Origin: Planktothrix sp. GU0601_MAG3
Lineage (GTDB): Bacteria; Cyanobacteriota; Cyanobacteriia; Cyanobacteriales; Microcoleaceae
DNA length: 64,000 bases
Direction: 5' to 3'
NCBI GenBank assembly: GCA_035193785.1
Contig: CP136572.1
Span: forward strand, 3,828,578-3,892,577
Part shown: one piece after another, positions 33,357-45,269 of the stretch
Layout of the letters: every line of letters begins with the position of its first letter
Numbering within the stretch: the first letter of the stretch is position 1
Notes under the pieces: model-generated
Databases searched by the model: none
Told to the model about the DNA's origin: nothing
Seen by the model: only the letters and a program-made list of their open reading frames with translations
Program-made: the position numbers and the translations under genes

Positions 33357-34726
33357 ATGCGTGTTTGTGTGATTGGGACGGGATATGTGGGTCTAGTAAC
33401 CGGAGTGTGTCTGGCACAGATCGGACATGATGTTATTTGTATTGATAATAACGAGGAAAAGGTCAAATTAATGAAGTCGGGACAGTCCCCGATTTATGAA
33501 ACCCGGACTCCCGGAATTAATGAAATCCTGCATGGAATCTGGACGGCTGGATTTTTCTTCGGATTTGAGTGCGGGTGTGGAACATGGGGAGGTGCTATTT
33601 ATTGCCGTGGGAACTCCACCCTTACCAACGGGAGAAAGTGATACCCGTTATGTGGAAGCCGTTGCCCGGGGAATTGGTTCCAACCTGACCAAAGGTTATA
33701 AAGTGATTGTGAATAAATCCACTGTGCCGATTGGTTCCGGGGACTGGGTGCGGATGATTGTTTTAGATGGTGTTTCCGAGCGACAAAAGGAAAAAGGGTT
33801 AGCAGGAACACCCATTGAAGTTGAATTTGATGTGGTGAGTAACCCGGAATTTTTACGCGAAGGTTCGGCGGTTTATGACACCTTTAATCCCGATCGGATT
33901 GTGTTAGGAAGCAACAACAAAAAAGCCTTAGAAGTTATGCAGGAATTGTATACACCTTTGGTATCGAGAAAACATTCAGATCATCCGTCTTTACCCCCAG
34001 TTCCGATTGTATTAACGGATTTGAGTTCGGCGGAAATGATTAAATATGCCGCTAACTCGTTCCTCGCAACTAAAATTAGCTTTATTAACGAAATTGCTAA
34101 TATTTGCGATCGCGTCGGTGCGGATGTGACCCAGGTGGCTCAAGGAATTGGCTTAGATTCTCGAATTGGCAATAAGTTTTTACAAGCGGGAATTGGTTGG
34201 GGAGGTTCCTGTTTTCCTAAAGATGTTTCGGCTTTAATTCATACGGCCGATGACTATAATTATGACGCCCAATTGTTAAAAGCGGCGGTGGAAGTGAATA
34301 ACCGTCAACGCACTATTGCCATTGACAAATTACAGCAAGTCCTGAAAATTCTCAAAGGTAAAACCGTTGGTTTATTGGGATTAACTTTTAAAGCTGATAC
34401 GGACGATTTACGAGATGCTCCGGCTTTAGATATTATCCAAGAATTGAACCGTTTAGGGGCAAAGGTGAAGGCCTATGATCCGATTATTTCCCAAAGTGGG
34501 ATGCGTCATGGGTTAACGGGGGTAATTGTTGAAACCGATCCTGAATTGTTAGCTGATGGCTGTGATGCCTTAATTTTAATTACCGACTGGGCGCAATTCC
34601 AAAACCTCGACTATGGGAAAATGGCGAAAAAAATGCACTCAGCATTTATGATTGATGGCCGGAATTTCTTAGACCGAAAACAATTAGAAGCCGCCGGGTT
34701 TCCAATATGTCGGTATTGGACATTAA
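33357..34726 (+). CDS. ugd: UDP-glucose 6-dehydrogenase (two frameshifts)
   Basis: IGTGYVGL, NKSTVP, NPEFLREG, GWGGSCFPKD. Confidence 0.95.
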
Positions 34727-34740
34727 TCCCTAGGTTAATC

Positions 34741-34767
34741 TAGGATTAGGGTGGGCATTGCTCACCC
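34741..34767 (+). repeat. 27-bp direct repeat; second copy at 37464-37490
   Basis: TAGGATTAGGGTGGGCAT(T/A)GCTCACCC, one mismatch between copies. Confidence 0.85.
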
Positions 34768-35786
34768 TACATAATCTCTTAAAATCATATTAATTTGTTT
34801 CTGAACTTGATCTAATTTTCGACGTTGTTGATCAATCCAATCTTTTTCGGCTTCCTGTTGTTCGCTAGTTTCTTGTTCATATCGGTTTTGTTTCTCTAAA
34901 ACATCATTGTAGAAATTAATCATTTCTGTTGTAGTAGTCAAGGCAAAATCAAAGCATTCAGAAAATCTATCTTGAAGATTGTCTTCTAGGATTTTATTAA
35001 CATTAAGAACCAAGTCATCCCAGGTTTCTCTTCTGATTAGAGAAAAAATGTTGTTTGAGTTGTTTAAGAATGAGTCCCAAGTTGGTTTTATCCACTCTTG
35101 CATAAGATTACTAATTTGACCTTTTATGTTAATTAAATAGTTTTTTTCATAAAAAAATAAACTAGGATTAATTGAAATATTTACTCCCTTTTTTAAAGCA
35201 AGTAAATTAATTATATTTTGAATATAATCAAATCTTAAATCAGATATAATTTCAATTAAAAACTCTAAATTAGTATTGATTAGGCTGATTATCTCATTAT
35301 TGATAACTTTTATTGCCTTATCTAACCCTTGAATCATACCATCTTTATCTGAATAACCCAAGTCTTTCTTATATGTTCCTGTTTTACTATCTTTAAACCA
35401 CGTTTCTTTAAGCTGTTCACATTGATTTAACCATGAATTTTTAATTTCTTGAATCACTTCCGTCTGACATTTTTTCTGTAACTCACGAATTCTAAAATCA
35501 ATCGCTGCTAGTTTTCCTATTTCTTCCCAGATTTCAGACTTAGGGACAGACATGATTCTAGGTTTACTATTCCAGACATCCTCAGCATGATCTAAATCTT
35601 TATAACTAACTTCCATTAACTCTTTTAATCTGGCTGCGGACTGTCTTAACTCCTCAGTATACAGGATTGAATTGACTGATTTAACTCCGTTGCGGACTGT
35701 TTTAACTCGGAAGATTCACCCGGATTGTTCAGTACAGAAACCATGGAATCAGTCATGGACTCGAAGACAGTTAAAAATTCATTCAT
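34762..35786 (-). CDS. Helical hypothetical protein with a dynamin-like C-terminal tail (frameshift near 35660)
   Basis: Ends FYNDVLEKQNRYEQETSEQQEAEKDWIDQQRRKL; upstream frame starts MNEFLTVF; no P-loop seen. Confidence 0.55.
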
Positions 35787-36043
35787 TGCACTACAACCTC
35801 AATTAAGCATACAGTTCTACTTTACAGGATTAGAGGAACAATAAATAAGTCAGTAACAATTTATAAATTATTTATCCGTGTTTATACGGTTTAATAAAAT
35901 CAATTAAAATCAAAATAAATTTATTTTCCGTAAAAATACTTAAATCAGGAAAACAAAAAATTAATTGATCAAAATTTTAGCAATGTTTGTTAATTTTTAG
36001 AGAATTATAAGTTTATAATAATTAAAGAATTAGGTTAAAAATT

Positions 36044-37342
36044 ATGTCTGTTTTCGCTCCTAGTATGCAATTTGTATTTTCCCCCGCAATTCAAGAAGGT
36101 TTAGCCAAGGGTGTCTATGAGTTAGTTTCTTCCAACTCAGGAGTACCTTTAAGCATGGTTAGATGGGCGAAAGGAACAGCAAATGCGGGTCAGTTTGCAG
36201 GTCATGCTATGGGTACAATCATGAATAATAGTCCCCTTGCGCCGATTACCGCACCCGTGGAAGTGGGTATGGGTTTAGTTCAAATGTATCAGGTTCATCA
36301 AGGATTTCAGAAAACCTATCAAGGGATTAACCAATTACAAGCGAGTCTGGGAGTTCTACAATCAACGACTGCGGTTATTGGTGTCGGTGTAGCGGTAACA
36401 GGTGTTCTTTCGGCTGTAAATTTATATCAAACTTTAAAGTTAAGAGAAGATATCAAACAACTTAAATTAACCGTAACGGGAGGATTTATTGATCTAAAAT
36501 CAGCTTTAAAAGATCAGGGACAAAGCATTATTAGACGGATTGATCAAGTCGCAGAAGATATTAAATATAATCAACATCGGTTAATTTTAATACAAGCTTA
36601 TGGCAAATTCATTATAGCCTTAGATCGGTTTAAATTAGCGATGAAAATGGAAGAATTAAATGACAGAAATAATCAAATTCAAGGAGTTTTAAATACTCTC
36701 TATGATGCTTTATCCGATTACTCTAACTCCCATCTATTAGACAATACTTGTGCTGCGGGTCAACTGCGTCGGATGGAATGCGCTTGGGCGATTGAACAAG
36801 CCATTATTACTGCTTATCAAGCTCAAAATCAATTAACGGCCGTTAATGAACACCTCGAACAACTGCAAAATAAAATTCATCAAGGGTTACTGAATATTAT
36901 TGATCAATGTAGTTCCCAAGAAGAACTTGATTTTCTCTTTCCTGAAATAGCCCGAATTAAAATACATGATTGTACAGCGTTAAAATCTTGGCAAGATCAT
37001 ACTAATTGGTTTAAAACCTTATCTAATGATGAACGGGAACAGTTAGCAATGTTAGAACCTGGAACATCAGAAGCGGTTAATTTAGAATTACCACAAAATG
37101 ACATAACAGTTAAACCTTTAGAAATGCAAATCTATGAAGAATTAAAACAAAAATCCCACTATTCGGCTTTACGAGATCAATTAAAATTTATCGTTAAACC
37201 TGAATTACGCCGGGAGCATGAATCTTATATTTTTAATAAAGCGATCGCTACAGGTTTAAACGGATTAGCCCCTAAAAATTGGCAAGAAGTACCCGATTTA
37301 ACCGTAGCTAATCTTTATCATTATTTTCAAGTTCAATCTTAA
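36044..37342 (+). CDS. Hypothetical protein with a Gly-rich hydrophobic segment and helical C-terminus
   Basis: Intact 432-aa ORF. Confidence 0.8.
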   Translation: MSVFAPSMQFVFSPAIQEGLAKGVYELVSSNSGVPLSMVRWAKGTANAGQFAGHAMGTIMNNSPLAPITAPVEVGMGLVQMYQVHQGFQKTYQGINQLQASLGVLQSTTAVIGVGVAVTGVLSAVNLYQTLKLREDIKQLKLTVTGGFIDLKSALKDQGQSIIRRIDQVAEDIKYNQHRLILIQAYGKFIIALDRFKLAMKMEELNDRNNQIQGVLNTLYDALSDYSNSHLLDNTCAAGQLRRMECAWAIEQAIITAYQAQNQLTAVNEHLEQLQNKIHQGLLNIIDQCSSQEELDFLFPEIARIKIHDCTALKSWQDHTNWFKTLSNDEREQLAMLEPGTSEAVNLELPQNDITVKPLEMQIYEELKQKSHYSALRDQLKFIVKPELRREHESYIFNKAIATGLNGLAPKNWQEVPDLTVANLYHYFQVQS

Positions 37343-37482
37343 AATGTGTAGGAAGATTGAAAAAAACCAGAAAAAATGACTTAAAGTTCCTCAAAAAGAT
37401 TTCAATTAAATTTAGCTTGGGTGAGTAGGTAGGTATAGCACTACGCGCATCCGTAGGGTAATGTAGGATTAGGGTGGGCATA

Positions 37483-37627
37483 GCTCACCCAAGTTCCTTG
37501 TAGTGAGGCGTTCACGCCTCGGAGTCCTAAAGGACTCACTACACCTGTAAGCTGCATTGCTCACCCAAGTTCCTTGTAGTGAGGCGTTTCACGCCTCGGA
37601 GTCCTAAAGGACTCACTACACCTGTAA
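37483..37627. repeat. Tandem duplication of a ~68-bp double-hairpin repeat
   Basis: Copies at 37483-37550 and 37559-37627, each with GAGGCG..CGCCTC and GAGTCC..GGACTC. Confidence 0.9.
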
Positions 37628-37651
37628 ACTGTTGAATTAAATCAAACCATC

Positions 37652-38014
37652 ATGGAGCAAAATTCACTACCAACGGAATTGATTTTAATATATTCCCATC
37701 AATCCCTTGGACGCATTTGTTTAGATTGGACACCCCAACCGGGTCATTATCTAAATTTTCAGGGTCAAACCTATACTGTTTTAGAGCGTCGCCATCGCTA
37801 TCAACTCAAATCCGGTCGTTACCGACTACATAAAATTTCCTTGTATGTGCAATCGGTACAACGACCTGAAGATAGAACCTTAATCAATGGACATTGGATT
37901 CTAGGAGATGCAAACTGTCGTTTTAATGCCCATTCTGAACTGATACGCTGTGCGGTGAATCCCCTTGGCCCCTGTCAAGAATGTCATTTTTTTGAGCCTA
38001 TTCAAGCTGATTAA
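37652..38014 (+). CDS. DUF6464-like cyanobacterial protein
   Basis: VLERRHRYQL, GDANCRFNAHSELIRCAVNPLGPC..C. Confidence 0.75.
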   Translation: MEQNSLPTELILIYSHQSLGRICLDWTPQPGHYLNFQGQTYTVLERRHRYQLKSGRYRLHKISLYVQSVQRPEDRTLINGHWILGDANCRFNAHSELIRCAVNPLGPCQECHFFEPIQAD

Positions 38015-38026
38015 GGATTGAATTCC

Positions 38027-40001
38027 TTAAATCATTTCCGCCCGATATTCTTCAGCCGAAACCAGACGCCATTTTTGATCTCCCATGAGTTCTAAAACGT
38101 TGTTATGGTAGCGCAATAAACTGATTCGATGCCCAACACTAATATAAGTTGTTCCGGTTTCATGTAGTTTTTTATAAAGTAGTTCTTCATTTTTTAAATC
38201 TAAGGCGCTGGTGGCTTCATCTAAAATCGCGTAGCGGGGTTTACTAATTAATAATCGCGCAAAAGCTAACCGTTGTTGTTCTCCCACCGAAAGAACATTA
38301 GCCCAATCTAATTCGGTATCAAAACCGCTAACTCGTTCTGGTAAATCGGCTAAATTCACTAACTGCAATATTTGATGTAATTCCGTTTCACTTACCTCTT
38401 TATTACTATTAGGATAGAGTAATTGTTGACGCAGGGTTCCCAAAATCATATAGGGACGTTGGGGTAGGAATAACATTGATGAGAGTTTCAGGACGAACTA
38501 ACCGCCCAGTCCCTGAGTTCCATAACCCGGCAATTGTGCGCAATAAAGAACTTTTTCCGACTCCACTTTGACCCATAATTAATAATCCTTGACCTTCGGG
38601 TAGGCTCAGGGATAGGTCTTTAACCAGAATTTGTTGATAGTTAGGTGTGTTGACGGTAACGTGTTCTAAAGCGAGGGAATAATCAACCTTCATATCAATT
38701 TGTGTCCGACCTTCCTCCATGGACTTAGGAGAGTCTAAAAATTCCGAGAAGGTTGATAAACGATTAATTCCGGCGGCAAAAGCACTTAATGCTTCAATCT
38801 GACTTACTACAATTGAAAAAGCCCCTAAAACTTGACCAAAGGCAAAACCAGCTTGGGAAATATCCCCATATTTAATCGTTTCAGCAAAATAGATAGGAGC
38901 TAAGATCAGCGAAGGAAGAACAATCACAGCATATTCATAACTTGTGGTAAAATAATTAACATTTCTCTGCCAACCAATTAATAAATTAAAGTTTTTAAAG
39001 GCTTTGAAAAATCGTTCTTTGACTTCGATTAGTTCCTGTTCTTCCCCTTGATAAAAAGCAATGGATTCAGCATTGTCTCGGACATGAACTAATCCGTAAC
39101 GAAAATCCGCTTCTCGTCTTAATTGATTAAAGTTTAGGGGAATTAATCGCCGTCCAATAAAAACCGTAATTATCGTACCAATAGAAGCATAAATCAAGAG
39201 AAATATGGAAAGAGATTTAGAAATAGACCAGAGGATTCCGGTAAAAGAAATTACATCAATAATTGAACTTAGAATAATTAGTAAAAATCTTAAACTGGTA
39301 ATTGTAAATGCCTTAATATCCTCTGTAATTCGTTGATCTGGGTTATCAAGTTGATTTTCCGATTCTATTTTATAAAATGCTCGCTGACTTAAATATTGGT
39401 CTAAAAATTTATCCGTTAACCATTTCCGCCAATAGTTTCCCAAGCGATCGCGGGTATAAGAATAGATGACAACAATGGGAGTTCCCACGATAAACACACT
39501 GGCATAAACATAGAGAAAACGCCAAAAATCATCCTGATTTCTTTCGGCTAAAGCCGTTGTAAAAAAGTTATTAACATAACTAAGAATTACATTTAAGCCA
39601 CTGACAGATAGGGATAGAAATAAAAGCACACTTAAAAATACCCAGGGTTGCCAACGGGTTTTAATTTGGTTTCTGTACACTAAAAATGTTCCGATGGGAA
39701 CGACAAGCATTAAGAGAATGACAACAATATAGCGAGAATAAATAATCCCGGCGATTAATTCATACAAACCCGGAGCAATGCTATTAAAAAACTCGGGGAA
39801 AACCAATTGACTGACAACAGCAACGGTACTCACTAAAACAAATACCGTAGCAGCCAGAAAGATTAACAACAATAATAATAAACTCAAAAAAACCTTGCTA
39901 CTTCCAGGTTCTAAAGGATAAAAGAAGGGTTGGGCAATTCTTAAAAAACGTTGCCAAAGTTTAGTATCAAATTTATTCATATTTTCCATTGTTTTTAGCA
40001 C
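38027..40001 (-). CDS. ABC transporter, fused permease/ATPase (ABCD/YddA-like), frameshifted
   Basis: DNPDQRI, EADFRYGLV, GQSGVGKSS, LSVGEQQR, DEATSALD. Confidence 0.92.
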
Positions 40002-40276
40002 AGGTACTCTATCCTATGAAAGTTCTGTATTTTCTAACTAATCTTCACGGGCTAACTCTCTGAAAAAGGCTACATTTTATGGCAATTATTTCAACTATCG
40101 ACAAAATTGGCACAGCAGAGTGAGGAGATTAACCGTCATTGACGAGAGAAATCTAGCCTGAACAACTGTAACACATTTGGTTCAACTCTTAGTAGGCAAA
40201 CCGAAAAAATTTTAACCGTAAAACTCAATTCGACTGCACTCAAGGATACAATAGTTCGGGGTCTAACAAGAATACG

Positions 40277-40597
40277 ATGTCTCAAACCTATACAGTTGAA
40301 TTTCACGATCAAGTAAACGTCCAAACAGTAGAAGTTCCAGAGGATAAACACATCCTCCAAGCTGCCTTGGATGCTGGAATTAAGTTACCCAACTCTTGCA
40401 ATGCGGGGGTTTGTACCACCTGTGCAGCCAAAATCATAGAAGGTAAAGTTGATCAAACCGAGGGCATGGGATTAAGTCTTGACCTTCAAGCTGAAGGTTA
40501 TGTCCTTCTCTGTATTGCCTATCCCCGTTCTAATTTGAAACTGGTTGCTGGAAAAGAAGACGAAGTTTATGATCGTCAATTTGGTCAGAAATCTTAG
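40277..40597 (+). CDS. 2Fe-2S ferredoxin
   Basis: SCNAGVCTTC...LLC. Confidence 0.92.
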   Translation: MSQTYTVEFHDQVNVQTVEVPEDKHILQAALDAGIKLPNSCNAGVCTTCAAKIIEGKVDQTEGMGLSLDLQAEGYVLLCIAYPRSNLKLVAGKEDEVYDRQFGQKS

Positions 40598-40681
40598 TTA
40601 GAAGTAGTGCGAGCGTCCTCCCTCACTGGCTAACAATATTTGAATATTGACAATAAAAAACATCGAGGATTAAATAAAACC

Positions 40682-40885
40682 ATGACCACCCATTTTATTA
40701 CGGCTGAAATTGATATTCGGGAATCTCCCACTCAGTTAAATCAAGCCATTGAAGCGGAATTAAAAAAACGGGGGGAACCCCTACGCTGGGCAATTACCAG
40801 TATTGATTCTGAACAACAAAAAGCCCAAGTTGAAGCCGTTGTAACGGTTCAGAAAACCTCTGATGCTTTGATGGCTAATAGTTAA
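40682..40885 (+). CDS. Conserved hypothetical protein
   Basis: GEPLRWAIT...VEAVV, located in the ferredoxin-DUF3326 cluster. Confidence 0.7.
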   Translation: MTTHFITAEIDIRESPTQLNQAIEAELKKRGEPLRWAITSIDSEQQKAQVEAVVTVQKTSDALMANS

Positions 40886-40915
40886 CTTTTTTCAGTTCGT
40901 CCCCCCTAATCTTTT

Positions 40916-41969
40916 ATGCCTCGGCCCTATACGGTTATTTTAATTATCCCAACGGGAATTGGTGCGGCCATTGGGGGATATGCGGGGGATGGTCTACCCG
41001 TGGCCCGGGCGATCGCTCAGGTCGCCGATACCCTGATCACCCATCCCAACGTTCTCAATGGCGCCCAACTGTATTGGCCGATGTCCAATACCCTCTATGT
41101 GGAAGGGTTTGCCCTCGATCAATTGGCGGCTGGAAATTGGGGACTGCAACCTGTCCACCGTAACCGCGTTGGGTTGCTCTTGGATCAAGCCATTGAGCCG
41201 GAATTGCGCCTGCGACATTTACAAGTGGCGGACGCAGCTAGGGCCACCCTGGGCCTAACTTTAACCGACTATGTGGTCACGGATGCCCCTCTGAACGTGG
41301 AATTGAGAACCTCCGAGTCGGGGGCTTCCTGGGGAACTATTGGCAACCCAGACAGCCTGCTACGGGCCGCAGAACGCTTAATTAAGGATGCCAAAGCCGA
41401 GGCGATCGCCGTGGTTGCTCGTTTTCCCGAACCTGAGAATAGTAGTGTTTTAGCAGCCTATCGTCACGGACAGGGAGTTGATCCCTTAGCGGGGGCCGAA
41501 GCGGTGATCAGCCATTTAATTGTCCGTCAGTTTCAAATTCCGGCAGCCCATGCCCCAGCCCTTTCACCTCTGGCCATTGACCCGGAATTATCCCCCCGGT
41601 CGGCGGCGGAGGAATTGGGCTATACCTTCCTACCCTGTGTATTAGTGGGGTTGAGTCGCGCCCCCCAGTTCGTCACAACTGCCACTTCTGGGACAATTTG
41701 GGCTGATCAAGTGGATGCTATTGTGGTTTCCAGCCACGGCCTGTGGGGGGTCTGCTATCCTCAGTTTTCGCCAAACTCCGACTCAAATTATTACCGTCGG
41801 GGAAAATCACACCCGAATGCAAGTTACCCCAGAACTGTTAGGAATTAAAGCAATACAGGTAAACTCTTATTTAGAGGCTTTAGGGGTTTTAGTGGCGCAT
41901 AAAGCCGGAGTTGATCCTAATTCCCTGCGTCCGAATATATTGTCCCTAAGCGAACTGAAATACTATTAA
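40916..41969 (+). CDS. DUF3326-family protein (frameshifted)
   Basis: PTGIGAAIGGYAGD, THPNVLNGA, GVDPLAGAEAVISH. Confidence 0.85.
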
Positions 41970-41981
41970 TCTTTAACCAGC

Positions 41982-42578
41982 GTGGTAGAAAAACAAACAC
42001 CCAACAATTTTGAACTCGAACCTTTAACCCGGACTCAAGTTTTGATAGCCATGGGGGGAACGGCTATTATATTATTAGCGATCGCTAAAGCTTGGTTATA
42101 TTTGAGTCATGTTACCCTTTTACCCCTTAACTTAACCTGGGTGAGTTTAGGATTGGGTTTATGTGTAGGATTAATTATTACAGTTGCTAGTTTTGTCATG
42201 TATAGAATCTGGCCTGCCTATAGTCGCAGTGCCGATATTTATTTAAAATTAGTCTTAACTCCTTTATTATGGCCGGATTTAATTTGGTTAGGCCTATTAC
42301 CCGGACTGAGTGAGGAATTATTATTTCGAGGGGTAATGTTATCGGATTTGGGATTAGGAACTCTGGCGTTAGTGGTTTCTAGTATTGCTTTTGGGGTGCT
42401 ACATTTTAGCGGTTCTCAACAATGGCCCTATGTGATTTGGGCAATTGTCGTCGGGTTTGTTTTAGGCTATAGTGCGATCGCCACAGGTAATTTATTAGTT
42501 CCGATTATTGGTCATATTTTTACTAATTTTATGTCTGGTTGTTTGTGGAAATTAAACTATATTGGGGCTAAATTGTAA
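41982..42578 (+). CDS. CPBP/CAAX-family intramembrane metalloprotease
   Basis: EELLFRG, FGVLH, PIIGH..N. Confidence 0.88.
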   Translation: MVEKQTPNNFELEPLTRTQVLIAMGGTAIILLAIAKAWLYLSHVTLLPLNLTWVSLGLGLCVGLIITVASFVMYRIWPAYSRSADIYLKLVLTPLLWPDLIWLGLLPGLSEELLFRGVMLSDLGLGTLALVVSSIAFGVLHFSGSQQWPYVIWAIVVGFVLGYSAIATGNLLVPIIGHIFTNFMSGCLWKLNYIGAKL

Positions 42579-42683
42579 TGGGTAATGGGTAAGAGGTAAT
42601 GGGTAATGGGTAAGAGGGAAGAGGTAATGGGTAATGGGTAATGGGTAATGGGTAATGGGTAAGGGGTTTTGGGTAATGGGTAA
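42576..42683 (+). repeat. Heptamer tandem repeat (GGGTAAT)n between convergent genes
   Basis: Read directly from the sequence. Confidence 0.9.
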
Positions 42684-42720
42684 TAGTAAGTCAAATCAAC
42701 TTACTGCATGGCAGCTATTA

Positions 42721-44080
42721 TTATTTTCCTACAAACACAAACTTTAAAACAAAAATAACTGCTAAAATCCACATGGCAATATTGGTTTCGTGAAACTTGC
42801 CTTGACAGGATTTAATCAAAGGATAAGTAATTAAACCAACAGCTAAACCATCGGCGATGGAATAACTTAAGGGCATGATAAAAATAGTTAAAAATGCCGG
42901 AATAGATTCGGCGGGGTCATCCCAGCGAATATATTGAACACTTCCCATCATTAACACCCCCACAATAATTAAAGCTGGGGCGGTGGCAAAACTGGGAATA
43001 GCTGATAATAGGGGAATAAAAAATATCGAAATTGTGAATAATATTGCCACAATTACGGCCGTAAATCCACTTCTTCCCCCCTCGGAAATTCCCGCTGCGG
43101 ATTCAATATAAGTAGTCACCGTTGAAGTGCCAAAAATTGCCCCGGTTGTAGTGCCCACCGCATCGGCCATAAATGCTTCTTTAACCCTGGGAAATTCCCC
43201 CTGTTGATTAATATAACCCGCTTTCATTCCTAACCCGGTGAGAGTGCCTACGGTGTCAAATAAATCCACAAAGAAAAATACAAAGGTAATTGTAAATATC
43301 TGGAAAAAATTTACTTCTAAAACTTGTTTTAACCCAATAATTCCCTGACCGAATAAATCCACAGGTAATTGAGGTAAACCGATAATTCCTTGGGGCCAAG
43401 GAGCAATTCCTAGAATCCATCCTAACCCGGCTGTGGCTAAAATTCCTAATAATAAAGCCCCGGTAATTCGACGAACAATTAAAGCAGAAGTAATCAAAAT
43501 TCCGGCAATTGTAATTAATACAATCGGGTCGTTTAGGTTTCCTAATGTGGTGGTAGTGGCTGCATCAGTCACAATAATTTTCGCCCCCGTTAAGGCAATA
43601 TAGGCAATAAACAAACCAATTCCGGCGGCGACGGCGTGTTTAACTCCTTCAGGAATAGCGGTGATAATTTTAGTTTCTAAATTGACTCAGAGTTAGGGCG
43701 ATAAAAATTAAGCCTTCAATTAAAATAGCAGCTAAAGCTACCCGCCAAGGAATGCCCAATTTTAACACCACTGAAAAGGCAAAATAAGCGTTTAATCCCA
43801 TTCCTGGGGCTAAAGCAAAGGGATATTTAGCATATAATCCCATAACTAACGTTGCTAAGGCGGAAGCCAGGGCGGTTGCTATAGCTAATTCTCCAAATAA
43901 ATCCCCCGATTTTTGTAGAAAAATAGCATTGGATAAAATAGCAGGATTAACAATTAAAATATAAGCCATGGTCATAAAAGTTGTGACCCCGGCTATAATT
44001 TCAATCCTAAAATTAGTCTGAAGTTCTCGAAAGTTGAAAAAACGGGCAACTGATTCTAAAGTAGAGGAATTAGAGTTCAT
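42721..44080 (-). CDS. NCS2/AzgA-family nucleobase permease (frameshifted)
   Basis: AGVTTFMTMAYI, APGMGLNAYF, FDTVGT, YIESAAG. Confidence 0.92.
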
Positions 44081-44105
44081 ATTATCCCCGAATCAAAAAT
44101 AAATT

Positions 44106-45215
44106 ATGGATATTAAAGCCGCCATTGCATGGGAAGCCGGAAAACCTTTAACCCTAGAAACTGTTCAACTCGAAGGCCCAAAAGAGGGGGAAGTCTTGGT
44201 GGAAATTAAGGCTACAGGTATTTGTCATACCGACGCCTATACCCTTTCCGGCGCTGACCCGGAAGGATTATTTCCGGCTATTTTAGGTCATGAAGGTGCC
44301 GGAATTGTAGTTGAAGTTGGTTATGGGGTAAAAAGTCTTAAACCCGGAGATCATGTTATTCCCCTGTATATTCCAGAATGTCGGCAATGTCAATATTGTT
44401 TAAGTTTTAAGACAAATTTATGTCAAGCAATTCGCGGGACTCAAGGCCAAGGTTTAATGCCTAATGGTAGTAGTCGGTTTTCTAAAAATGGTCGGATGAT
44501 TCATCATTATATGGGGACTTCTACCTTTGCGAACTATACGGTTTTACCGGAAATTTCCTTAGCAAAAATTAGAGAAGATGCTCCATTTGATAAGGTTTGT
44601 TATATTGGTTGTGGGGTAACAACGGGCATCGGTGCGGTGATTAATACGGCTAAAGTTGAACCCGGATCAAATGTGGTGGTTTTTGGCTTAGGAGGCATTG
44701 GATTAAATGTAATTCAAGGGGCAAAAATGGTCGGGGCGAATAAAATTATTGGGGTTGATCTTAATTCTAATAAAAAGGCAATTGCGGAAAAATTTGGCAT
44801 GACCCATTTTGTGAATCCTCAAGAAATTGAAGGAGATTTAGTATCCTATTTGGTGGAATTAACTGAAGGCGGTGCGGATTATAGTTTTGAATGTATTGGG
44901 AATGTTAAAGTCATGCGTCAAGCCCTAGAATGTTGTCATAAAGGTTGGGGAGTTAGTATTATTATTGGGGTGGCTGGGGCGGGGGAAGAAATTAATACCC
45001 GTCCCTTTCAATTAGTCACGGGAAGGGTTTGGAAAGGCACGGCTTTTGGTGGGGCAAAAGGTCGGACGGATGTGCCTACAATTGTTGATTGGTATATGGA
45101 TGGGAAAATTAATATTGATGATTTAATTACCCATGTCATGCCGATTGAAAAAATTAATGAAGCCTTTGATTTGATGCACAAAGGCGAATCAATTCGGACT
45201 GTAGTAACCTTTTAA
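44106..45215 (+). CDS. frmA: S-(hydroxymethyl)glutathione dehydrogenase / class III alcohol dehydrogenase
   Basis: [29 protein letters not shown]. Confidence 0.95.
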   Translation: MDIKAAIAWEAGKPLTLETVQLEGPKEGEVLVEIKATGICHTDAYTLSGADPEGLFPAILGHEGAGIVVEVGYGVKSLKPGDHVIPLYIPECRQCQYCLSFKTNLCQAIRGTQGQGLMPNGSSRFSKNGRMIHHYMGTSTFANYTVLPEISLAKIREDAPFDKVCYIGCGVTTGIGAVINTAKVEPGSNVVVFGLGGIGLNVIQGAKMVGANKIIGVDLNSNKKAIAEKFGMTHFVNPQEIEGDLVSYLVELTEGGADYSFECIGNVKVMRQALECCHKGWGVSIIIGVAGAGEEINTRPFQLVTGRVWKGTAFGGAKGRTDVPTIVDWYMDGKINIDDLITHVMPIEKINEAFDLMHKGESIRTVVTF

Positions 45216-45269
45216 AAAAGATGTTTTTATGGGGTGGTTATCAAATATTTAGATTGGTTTTAAAATTAG

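Noticed and set aside
37483..37627. CRISPR array
   Set aside because: Only two ~68-bp copies with an 8-bp gap, no unique spacers and no cas genes
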